This document shows, piece after piece, positions 52,901-64,000 of a DNA stretch of 64,000 bases. Below the pieces are notes generated by a model. That model was given only the letters and a program-made list of their open reading frames with translations, was not told the DNA's origin and searched no databases. Made by a program: the position numbers and the translations under genes. The stretch comes from the human T2T-CHM13v2.0 reference genome, Homo sapiens, in assembly GCF_009914755.1 (NCBI RefSeq), contig NC_060938.1; one strand, 5' to 3'. The first letter of the stretch is position 1. The number at the start of each line of letters is the position of its first letter.

Positions 52901-55900
52901 GTCCTAATGTTCACTTCCAGATACTACAGAAAGAGTGTTTCAAAACTGCTGTACGAAAGGGAATGTTCAACTCTGTGACTTGAATGCACACATCACAAAG
53001 AAGTTTCTGAGGATGCTGCTGTCTACTTTTTATACGTAATCCCGTTTCCAACGAAATCCTCCAAGCTATCCAAATATCCACTTGCAGATTCCACAGAAAG
53101 ACTGTTTCAAAACTGCTCTGTCAATAGAAAGGTTCAACTCTGCTAGCTGCGTGCATATATCCCAAAGAAGATTCTGAGATTGCTTCTGTCTAGTTTTTAT
53201 GGGAAGATATTTCCCTTTTCACCGTAGGCGTCAAGGCGCTCCAAATGTCCACTTCCAGATACTACAAAAAGAGTGTTTCAAACCTACTCTGTGAAAGGGA
53301 ATATTCAACTCTGTGACTTGAATGCACATATCACAAAGAAGTTTCTGAGAATGCTTCTGTCGAGATTTTATATGAAGATATTCCCGTTTCCAACGAAATG
53401 CTGAAATCTATCCAAATATCCCCTCGCAGATTCTACAAAAAGAGTGTTTCAAAACTGCTCTGTGAAAAGAAAGGTTCAACTCTGTTAGTTGAGTACACAC
53501 ATCACAAACAAGTTTCACAGAATGCTTCTTTCTAGCTTGTAGGGGAAGATATTCCCTTTATCACCATGGGCCTCCAACCGTCCGAAACATCCACTTCCAT
53601 ATACTACAAAAAGAGCGTTTCAAACCTGCTCTATGAAAGGCAATGTTCAACTCTGTGACTTGAATGCAGACATCACAGAGCAGTTTCTGAGAATGCTTCT
53701 GTCTAGATTTTATAGGAAGATATTCCCGTTTCCAACGAAATCTTCACAGCTATCCAAATATCCACTTGCAGATTCTACAAAAAGAGTGTATCAAAACTGC
53801 TCTGTCAAAAGGAAGGTTCTTCTCTGTTAGGTGAGTGCATACGTCATAAAGGAGTTTCTGAGAATGTTTCTGTCTAGTGGTTATGGGAAGATATTTGCTT
53901 TTTCACCGTAGGCCTCAGAGTGCTCCAAATATCCACTTGCACATACTACAAAAAGAGTGCTTCAAAGCTGCTCTCTGAAACGGAATGTTCAACTCTATGA
54001 GTTGAATGCAAACATCACAAAGACGTTTCTGAGAATGCTTCTGTCTAGATTTGATATGAAGATATTCCCGTTTCCAACGAAATCTTCAAATCTATCCAAA
54101 TGTCCACTTGCAGATTCAACAAAAAGTGTTTTTCAGAACTGCTCTATCAAAAGAAAGATCCACCTCTGTTAGCTGAGTTCACACATCACAAACAAGTTTA
54201 TGAGAATGCTTCTGTCTAGTTTTTATTTGAAGATATTTCCTTTCTCACCATAGAGCTGAAAGCTGTCCTAATGTTCACTTCCAGATACTACAGAAAGAGT
54301 GTTTCAAAACTGCTGTACGAAAGGGAATGTTCAACTCTGTGACTTGAATGCACACATCACAAAGAAGTTTCTGAGGATGCTGCTGTCTACTTTTTATACG
54401 TAATCCCGTTTCCAACGAAATCCTCCAAGCTATCCAAATATCCACTTGCAGATTCCACAGAAAGACTGTTTCAAAACTGCTCTGTCAATAGAAAGGTTCA
54501 ACTCTGTTAGCTGCATGCATATATCCCAAAGAAGATTCTGAGATTGCTTCTGTCTAGTTTTTATGGGAAGATATTTCCCTTTTCACCGTAGGCGTCAAGG
54601 CGCTCCAAATGTCCACTTCCAGATACTACAAAAAGAGTGTTTCAAACCTACTCTGTGAAAGGGAATATTCAACTCTGTGACTTGAATGCACATATCACAA
54701 GGAAGTTTCTGAGAATGCTTCTGTCGAGATTTTATATGAAGATATTCCCGTTTCCAACGAAATCCTGAAATGTATCCAAATATCCCCTTGCAGATTCTAC
54801 AAAAAGAGTGTTTCAAAACTGCTCTGTAAAAAGAAAGGTTCAACTCTGTTAGTTGAGTACACACATCACAAACAAGTTTCACACAATGCTTCTTTCTAGC
54901 TTGTAGGGGAAGATATTCCCTTTATCACCATGGGCCTCAAACCGTCCGATAAGTCCACTTCCATATACTACAAAAAGAGCGTTTCAAACCTGCTCTATGA
55001 AAGGCAATGTTCAACTCTGTGACTTGAATGCAGACATCACAGAGCAGTTTCTGAGAATGCTTCTGTCTAGATTTTATAGGAAGATATTCCCGTTTCCAAC
55101 GAAATCTTCACAGCTATCCAAATATCCACTTGCAGATTCTACAAAAAGAGTGTATCAAAACTGCTCTGTCAAAAGGAAGGTTCTTTTCTGTTAGGTGAGT
55201 GCATACGTCATAAAGGAGTTTCTGAGAATGTTTCTGTCTAGTGGTTATGGGAAGATATTTGCTTTTTCACCGTAGGCCTCAGAGCGCTCCAAATATCCAC
55301 TTGCACATACTACAAAAAGAGTGCCTCAAAGCTGCTCTCTGAAACGGAATGTTCAACTCTATGAGTTGAATGCAAACATCGCAAAGACGTTTCTGAGAAT
55401 GCTTCTGTCTAGATTTGATATGAAGATATTCCCGTTTCCAACGAAATCTTCAAATCTATCCAAATGTCCACTTGCAGATTCAACAAAAAGTGTTTTTCAG
55501 AACTGCTCTATCAAAAGAAAGATCCACCTCTGTTAGCTGAGTTCACACATCACAAACAAGTTTATGAGAATGCTTCTGTCTAGTTTTTATTTGAAGATAT
55601 TTCCTTTCTCACCATAGAGCTGAAAGCTGTCCTAATGTTCACTTCCAGATACTACAGAAAGAGTGTTTCAAAACTGCTGTACGAAAGGGAATGTTCAACT
55701 CTGTGACTTGAATGCACACATCACAAAGAAGTTTCTGAGGATGCTGCTGTCTACTTTTTATACGTAATCCCGTTTCCAACGAAATCCTCCAAGCTATCGA
55801 AATATCCACTTGCAGATTCCACAGAAAGACTGTTTCAAAACTGCTCTGTCAATAGAAAGGTTCAACTCTGTTAGCTGCGTGCATATATCCCAAAGAAGAT

Positions 55901-55949
55901 TCTGAGATTGCTTCTGTCTAGTTTTTATGGGAAGTTATTTCCCTTTTCA

Positions 55950-58900
55950 CCGTAGGCGTCAAGGCGCTCCAAATGTCCACTTCCAGATACTACAAAAAGA
56001 GTGTTTCAAACCTACTCTGTGAAAGGGAATATTCAACTCTGTGACTTGAATGCACATATCACAAAGAAGTTTCTGAGAATGCTTCTGTCGAGATTTTATA
56101 TGAAGATATTCCCGTTTCCAACGAAATGCTGAAATCTATCCAAATATCCCCTCGCAGATTCTACAAAAAGAGTGTTTCAAAACTGCTCTGTGAAAAGAAA
56201 GGTTCAACTCTGTTAGTTGAGTACACACATCACAAACAAGTTTCACAGAATGCTTCTTTCTAGCTTGTAGGGGAAGATATTCCCTTTATCACCATGGGCC
56301 TCCAACCGTCCGAAACATCCACTTCCATATACTACAAAAAGAGCGTTTCAAACCTGCTCTATGAAAGGCAATGTTCAACTCTGTGACTTGAATGCAGACA
56401 TCACAGAGCAGTTTCTGAGAATGCTTCTGTCTAGATTTTATAGGAAGATATTCCCGTTTCCAACGAAATCTTCACAGCTATCCAAATATCCACTTGCAGA
56501 TTCTACAAAAAGAGTGTATCAAAACTGCTCTGTCAAAAGGAAGGTTCTTCTCTGTTAGGTGAGTGCATACGTCATAAAGGAGTTTCTGAGAATGTTTCTG
56601 TCTAGTGGTTATGGGAAGATATTTGCTTTTTCACCGTAGGCCTCAGAGCGCTCCAAATATCCACTTGCACATACTACAAAAAGAGTGCTTCAAAGCTGCT
56701 CTCTGAAACGGAATGTTCAACTCTATGAGTTGAATGCAAACATCACAAAGACGTTTCTGAGAATGCTTCTGTCTAGATTTGATATGAAGATATTCCCGTT
56801 TCCAACGAAATCTTCAAATCTATCCAAATGTCCACTTGCAGATTCAACAAAAAGTGTTTTTCAGAACTGCTCTATCAAAAGAAAGATCCACCTCTGTTAG
56901 CTGAGTTCACACATCACAAACAAGTTTATGAGAATGCTTCTGTCTAGTTTTTATTTGAAGATATTTCCTTTCTCACCATAGAGCTGAAAGCTGTCCTAAT
57001 GTTCACTTCCAGATACTACAGAAAGAGTGTTTCAAAACTGCTGTACGAAAGGGAATGTTCAACTCTGTGACTTGAATGCACACATCACAAAGAAGTTTCT
57101 GAGGATGCTGCTGTCTACTTTTTATACGTAATCCCGTTTCCAACGAAATCCTCCAAGCTATCCAAATATCCACTTGCAGATTCCACAGAAAGGCTGTTTC
57201 AAAACTGCTCTGTCAATAGAAAGGTTCAACTCTGTTAGCTGCATGCATATATCCCAAAGAAGATTCTGAGATTGCTTCTGTCTAGTTTTTATGGGAAGAT
57301 ATTTCCCTTTTCAGCGTAGGCGTCAAGGCGCTCCAAATGTCCACTTCCAGATACTACAAAAAGAGTGTTTCAAACCTACTCTGTGAAAGGGAATATTCAA
57401 CTCTGTGACTTGAATGCACATATCACAAGGAAGTTTCTGAGAATGCTTCTGTCGAGATTTTATATGAAGATATTCCCGTTTCCAACGAAATCCTGAAATG
57501 TATCCAAATATCCCCTTGCAGATTCTACAAAAAGAGTGTTTCAAAACTGCTCTGTAAAAAGAAAGGTTCAACTCTGTTAGTTGAGTACACACATCACAAA
57601 CAAGTTTCACACAATGCTTCTTTCTAGCTTGTAGGGGAAGATATTCCCTTCATCACCATGGGCCTCCAACCGTCCGAAACATCCACTTCCATATACTACA
57701 AAAAGAGCGTTTCAAACCTGCTCTATGAAAGGCAATGTTCAACTCTGTGACTTGAATGCAGACATCACAGAGCAGTTTCTGAGAATGCTTCTGTCTAGAT
57801 TTTATAGGAAGATATTCCCGTTTCCAACGAAATCTTCACAGCTATCCAAATATCCACTTGCAGATTCTACAAAAAGAGTGTATCAAAACTGCTCTGTCAA
57901 AAGGAAGGTTCTTTTCTGTTAGGTGAGTGCATACGTCATAAAGGAGTTTCTGAGAATGTTTCTGTCTAGTGGTTATGGGAAGATATTTGCTTTTTCACCG
58001 TAGGCCTCAGAGCGCTCCAAATATCCACTTGCACATACTACAAAAAGAGTGCCTCAAAGCTGCTCTCTGAAACGGAATGTTCAACTCTATGAGTTGAATG
58101 CAAACATCGCAAAGACGTTTCTGAGAATGCTTCTGTCTAGATTTGATATGAAGATATTCCCGTTTCCAACGAAATCTTCAAATCTATCCAAATGTCCACT
58201 TGCAGATTCAACAAAAAGTGTTTTTCAGAACTGCTCTATCAAAAGAAAGATCCACCTCTGTTAGCTGAGTTCACACATCACAAACAAGTTTATGAGAATG
58301 CTTCTGTCTAGTTTTTATTTGAAGATATTTCCTTTCTCACCATAGAGCTGAAAGCTGTCCTAATGTTCACTTCCAGATACTACAGAAAGAGTGTTTCAAA
58401 ACTGCTGTACGAAAGGGAATGTTCAACTATGTGACTTGAATGCACACATCACAAAGAAGTTTCTGAGGATGCTGCTGTCTACTTATTATACGTAATCCCG
58501 TTTCCAACGAAATCCTCCAAGCTATCCAAATATCCACTTGCAGATTCCACAGAAAGACTGTTTCAAAACTGCTCTGTCAATAGAAAGGTTCAACTCTGTT
58601 AGCTGCGTGCATATATCCCAAAGAAGATTCTGAGATTGCTTCTGTCTAGTTTTTATGGGAAGATATTTCCCTTTTCACCGTAGGCGTCAAGGCGCTCCAA
58701 ATGTCCACTTCCAGATACTACAAAAAGAGTGTTTCAAACCTACTCTGTGAAAGGGAATATTCAACTCTGTGACTTGAATGCACATATCACAAAGAAGTTT
58801 CTGAGAATGCTTCTGTCGAGATTTTATATGAAGATATTCCCGTTTCCAACGAAATGCTGAAATCTATCCAAATATCCCCTCGCAGATTTTACAAAAAGAG

Positions 58901-61300
58901 TGTTTCAAAACTGCTCTGTGAAAAGAAAGGATCAACTCTGTTAGTTGAGTACACACATCACAAACAAGTTTCACAGAATGCTTCTTTCTAGCTTGTAGGG
59001 GAAGATATTCCCTTTATCACCATGGGCCTCCAACCGTCCGAAACATCCACTTCCATATACTACAAAAAGAGCGTTTCAAACCTGCTCTATGAAAGGCAAC
59101 GTTCAACTCTGTGACTTGAATGCAGACATCACAGAGCAGTTTCTGAGAATGCTTCTGTCTAGATTTTATAGGAAGATATTCCCGTTTCCAACGAAATCTT
59201 CACAGCTATCCAAATATCCACTTGCAGATTCTACAAAAAGAGTGTATCAAAACTGCTCTGTCAAAAGGAAGGTTCTTCTCTGTTAGGTGAGTGCATACGT
59301 CATAAAGGAGTTTCTGAGAATGTTTCTGTCTAGTGGTTATGGGAAGATATTTGCTTTTTCACCGTAGGCCTCAGAGCGCTCCAAATATCCACTTGCACAT
59401 ACTACAAAAAGAGTGCTTCAAAGCTGCTCTCTGAAACGGAATGTTCAACTCTATGAGTTGAATGCAAACATCACAAAGACGTTTCTGAGAATGCTTCTGT
59501 CTAGATTTGATATGAAGATATTCCCGTTTCCAACGAAATCTTCAAATCTATCCAAATGTCCACTTGCAGATTCAACAAAAAGTGTTTTTCAGAACTGCTC
59601 TATCAAAAGAAAGATCCACCTCTGTTAGCTGAGTTCACACATCACAAACAAGTTTATGAGAATGCTTCTGTCTAGTTTTTATTTGAAGATATTTCCTTTC
59701 TCACCATAGAGCTGAAAGCTGTCCTAATGTTCACTTCCAGATACTACAGAAAGAGTGTTTCAAAACTGCTGTACGAAAGGGAATGTTCAACTCTGTGACT
59801 TGAATGCACACATCACAAAGAAGTTTCTGAGGATGCTGCTGTCTACTTTTTATACGTAATCCCGTTTCCAACGAAATCCTCCAAGCTATCCAAATATCCA
59901 CTTGCAGATTCCACAGAAAGGCTGTTTCAAAACTGCTCTGTCAATAGAAAGGTTCAACTCTGTTAGCTGCATGCATATATCCCAAAGAAGATTCTGAGAT
60001 TGCTTCTGTCTAGTTTTTATGGGAAGATATTTCCCTTTTCAGCGTAGGCGTCAAGGCGCTCCAAATGTCCACTTCCAGATACTACAAAAAGAGTGTTTCA
60101 AACCTACTCTGTGAAAGGGAATATTCAACTCTGTGACTTGAATGCACATATCACAAGGAAGTTTCTGAGAATGCTTCTGTCGAGATTTTATATGAAGATA
60201 TTCCCGTTTCCAACGAAATCCTGAAATGTATCCAAATATCCCCTTGCAGATTCTACAAAAAGAGTGTTTCAAAACTGCTCTGTAAAAAGAAAGGTTCAAC
60301 TCTGTTAGTTGAGTACACACATCACAAACAAGTTTCACACAATGCTTCTTTCTAGCTTGTAGGGGAAGATATTCCCTTCATCACCATGGGCCTCCAACCG
60401 TCCGAAACATCCACTTCCATATACTACAAAAAGAGCGTTTCAAACCTGCTCTATGAAAGGCAATGTTCAACTCTGTGACTTGAATGCAGACATCACAGAG
60501 CAGTTTCTGAGAATGCTTCTGTCTAGATTTTATAGGAAGATATTCCCGTTTCCAACGAAATCTTCACAGCTATCCAAATATCCACTTGCAGATTCTACAA
60601 AAAGAGTGTATCAAAACTGCTCTGTCAAAAGGAAGGTTCTTTTCTGTTAGGTGAGTGCATACGTCATAAAGGAGTTTCTGAGAATGTTTCTGTCTAGTGG
60701 TTATGGGAAGATATTTGCTTTTTCACCGTAGGCCTCAGAGCGCTCCAAATATCCACTTGCACATACTACAAAAAGAGTGCCTCAAAGCTGCTCTCTGAAA
60801 CGGAATGTTCAACTCTATGAGTTGAATGCAAACATCGCAAAGACGTTTCTGAGAATGCTTCTGTCTAGATTTGATATGAAGATATTCCCGTTTCCAACGA
60901 AATCTTCAAATCTATCCAAATGTCCACTTGCAGATTCAACAAAAAGTGTTTTTCAGAACTGCTCTATCAAAAGAAAGATCCACCTCTGTTAGCTGAGTTC
61001 ACACATCACAAACAAGTTTATGAGAATGCTTCTGTCTAGTTTTTATTTGAAGATATTTCCTTTCTCACCATAGAGCTGAAAGCTGTCCTAATGTTCACTT
61101 CCAGATACTACAGAAAGAGTGTTTCAAAACTGCTGTACGAAAGGGAATGTTCAACTATGTGACTTGAATGCACACATCACAAAGAAGATTCTGAGGATGC
61201 TGCTGTCTACTTTTTATACGTAATCCCGTTTCCAACGAAATCCTCCAAGCTATCCAAATATCCACTTGCAGATTCCACAGAAAGACTGTTTCAAAACTGC
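55950..61300. repeat. Tandem duplication of a 2-HOR (2728 bp) Y-X block
   Basis: Rare variants at 57193, 57314 and 57651 recur at +2728 (59921, 60042, 60379). Boundaries are approximate. Confidence 0.8.
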
Positions 61301-64000
61301 TCTGTCAATAGAAAGGTTCAACTCTGTTAGCTGCGTGCATATATCCCAAAGAAGATTCTGAGATTGCTTCTGTCTAGTTTTTATGGGAAGATATTTCCCT
61401 TTTCACCGTAGGCGTCAAGGCGCTCCAAATGTCCACTTCCAGATACTACAAAAAGAGTGTTTCAAACCTACTCTGTGAAAGGGAATATTCAACTCTGTGA
61501 CTTGAATGCACATATCACAAGGAAGTTTCTGATAATGCTTCTGTCGAGATTTTATATGAAGATATTCCCGTTTCCAACGAAATCCTGAAATGTATCCAAA
61601 TATCCCCTTGCAGATTCTACAAAAAGAGTGTTTCAAAACTGCTCTGTAAAAAGAAAGGTTCAACTCTGTTAGTTGAGTACACACATCACAAACAAGTTTC
61701 ACACAATGCTTCTTTCTAGCTTGTAGGGGAAGATATTCCCTTTATCACCATGGGCCTCAAACAGTCCGATAAGTCCACTTCCATATACTACAAAAAGAGC
61801 GTTTCAAACCTGCTCTATGAAAGGCAATGTTCAACTCTGTGACTTGAATGCAGACATCACAGAGCAGTTTCTGAGAATGCTTCTGTCTAGATTTTATAGG
61901 AAGATATTCCCGTTTCCAACGAAATCTTCACAGCTATCCAAATATCCACTTGCAGATTCTACAAAAAGAGTGTATCAAAACTGCTCTGTCAAAAGGAAGG
62001 TTCTTCTCTGTTAGGTGAGTGCATACGTCATAAAGGAGTTTCTGAGAATGTTTCTGTCTAGTGGTTATGGGAAGATATTTGCTTTTTCACCGTAGGCCTC
62101 AGAGCGCTCCAAATATCCACTTGCACATACTACAAAAAGAGTGCCTCAAAGCTGCTCTCTGAAACGGAATGTTCAACTCTATGAGTTGAATGCAAACATC
62201 GCAAAGACGTTTCTGAGAATGCTTCTGTCTAGATTTGATATGAAGATATTCCCGTTTCCAACGAAATCTTCAAATCTATCCAAATGTCCACTTGCAGATT
62301 CAACAAAAAGTGTTTTTCAGAACTGCTCTATCAAAAGAAAGATCCACCTCTGTTAGCTGAGTTCACACATCACAAACAAGTTTATGAGAATGCTTCTGTC
62401 TAGTTTTTATTTGAAGATATTTCCTTTCTCACCATAGAGCTGAAAGCTGTCCTAATGTTCACTTCCAGATACTACAGAAAGAGTGTTTCAAAACTGCTGT
62501 ACGAAAGGGAATGTTCAACTATGTGACTTGAATGCACACATCACAAAGAAGTTTCTGAGGATGCTGCTGTCTACTTTTTATACGTAATCCCGTTTCCAAC
62601 GAAATCCTCCAAGCTATCGAAATATCCACTTGCAGATTCCACAGAAAGACTGTTTCAAAACTGCTCTGTCAATAGAAAGGTTCAACTCTGTTAGCTGCGT
62701 GCATATATCCCAAAGAAGATTCTGAGATTGCTTCTGTCTAGTTTTTATGGGAAGATATTTCCCTTTTCACCGTAGGCGTCAAGGCGCTCCAAATGTCCAC
62801 TTCCAGATACTACAAAAAGAGTGTTTCAAACCTACTCTGTGAAAGGGAATATTCAACTCTGTGACTTGAATGCACATATCACAAGGAAGTTTCTGAGAAT
62901 GCTTCTGTCGAGATTTTATATGAAGATATTCCCGTTTCCAACGAAATGCTGAAATCTATCCAAATATCCCCTCGCAGATTCTACAAAAAGAGTGTTTCAA
63001 AACTGCTCTGTGAAAAGAAAGGTTCAACTCTGTTAGTTGAGTACACACATCACAAACAAGTTTCACAGAATGCTTCTTTCTAGCTTGTAGGGGAAGATAT
63101 TCCCTTTATCACCATGGGCCTCCAACCGTCCGAAACATCCACTTCCATATACTACAAAAAGAGCGTTTCAAACCTGCTCTATGAAAGGCAATGTTCAACT
63201 CTGTGACTTGAATGCAGACATCACAGAGCAGTTTCTGAGAATGCTTCTGTCTAGGTTTTATAGGAAGATATTCCCGTTTCCAACGAAATCTTCACAGCTA
63301 TCCAAATATCCACTTGCAGATTCTACAAAAAGAGTGTATCAAAACTGCTCTGTCAAAAGGAAGGTTCTTCTCTGTTAGGTGAGTGCATACGTCATAAAGG
63401 AGTTTCTGAGAATGTTTCTGTCTAGTGGTTATGGGAAGATATTTGCTTTTTCACCGTAGGCCTCAGAGCGCTCCAAATATCCACTTGCACATACTACAAA
63501 AAGAGTGCTTCAAAGCTGCTCTCTGAAACGGAATGTTCAACTCTATGAGTTGAATGCAAACATCACAAAGACGTTTCTGAGAATGCTTCTGTCTAGATTT
63601 GATATGAAGATATTCCCGTTTCCAACGAAATCTTCAAATCTATCCAAATGTCCACTTGCAGATTCAACAAAAAGTGTTTTTCAGAACTGCTCTATCAAAA
63701 GAAAGATCCACCTCTGTTAGCTGAGTTCACACATCACAAACAAGTTTATGAGAATGCTTCTGTCTAGTTTTTATTTGAAGATATTTCCTTTCTCACCATA
63801 GAGCTGAAAGCTGTCCTAATGTTCACTTCCAGATACTACAGAAAGAGTGTTTCAAAACTGCTGTACGAAAGGGAATGTTCAACTCTGTGACTTGAATGCA
63901 CACATCACAAAGAAGTTTCTGAGGATGCTGCTGTCTACTTTTTATACGTAATCCCGTTTCCAACGAAATCCTCCAAGCTATCCAAATATCCACTTGCAGA

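Larger units (their letters stand above)
1..64000 (-). repeat. Centromeric alpha-satellite higher-order repeat array (8-mer, 1364-bp unit, ~46.9 copies)
   Basis: Alphoid motifs recur every ~171 bp (minus strand CATTCTCAGAAAC, ACAGAGTTGAAC, TTCGTTGGAAACGGGA). The same reading frame starts at 437, 1801, 3165 ... 63181 (437+46x1364), so the period is exactly 1364 bp. Copies differ only by scattered substitutions. The conventional alphoid orientation is the minus strand throughout. Confidence 0.99.

Noticed and set aside
5491-61702. Cys/His-rich 95-aa minus-strand ORF that appears in only some units and looks superficially zinc-finger-like
   Set aside because: It opens only when SNVs at unit position 212 (removing a TAG stop) and 324 (creating an alternative start codon) coincide. 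It is a haplotype marker, has no C2H2 spacing, and has no ATG start.
437-63720. Repeated 65-aa and 71-aa plus-strand ORFs
   Set aside because: They are chance open frames of alphoid monomers (the FPFPTK motif is the CENP-B box translated). The 71-aa frame starts at GTG, and there is no gene context or recognisable domain.
186-63968. Regularly spaced 17-bp identical motif resembling a CRISPR repeat
   Set aside because: The intervening sequences are ~325-bp homologous satellite rather than unique spacers, there are no cas genes, and the motif is the CENP-B box.
1-64000. Embedded transposon (L1/Alu), non-alphoid island or inversion
   Set aside because: The unbroken 1364-bp phase and constant orientation leave no room for one.
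10913-64000. X/Y order as an encoded message or novel programmed system
   Set aside because: The pattern is adequately explained by tandem duplication and unequal exchange of 2- and 3-HOR blocks, and nothing in the sequence indicates function.
1-64000. Definite assignment to chromosome 14 versus 22, or to a specific genome
   Set aside because: The two chromosomes share a near-identical HOR, so distinguishing them requires alignment to reference arrays, which I could not run.

Overview
The whole 64 kb window is one uninterrupted head-to-tail array of primate (human-type) centromeric alpha-satellite DNA. It is built from ~171-bp monomers organised into an 8-monomer higher-order repeat (HOR) of exactly 1364 bp, present in ~46.9 copies with no net length change. 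A CENP-B box lies in every second monomer (4 per HOR, 188 positions), alternating with pJ-alpha-like A-type monomers. The dimeric organisation, unit length and XbaI/TaqI pattern best fit the suprachromosomal family 2 array shared by human chromosomes 14 and 22; that assignment is inference from recalled knowledge, not an alignment. There are no credible genes, RNA genes, CRISPR arrays or transposons, and every listed ORF is an incidental reading frame of the satellite. I found no new gene-based system. The informative signal is in the sparse SNVs. Two HOR haplotypes (X and Y) alternate into 2-HOR (2728 bp) and 3-HOR (4092 bp) super-repeats. Several local tandem duplications and X/Y recombinant units can be traced by shared rare variants. 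One CENP-B box has lost a core nucleotide. All variant calls were made by eye and need confirmation by alignment.
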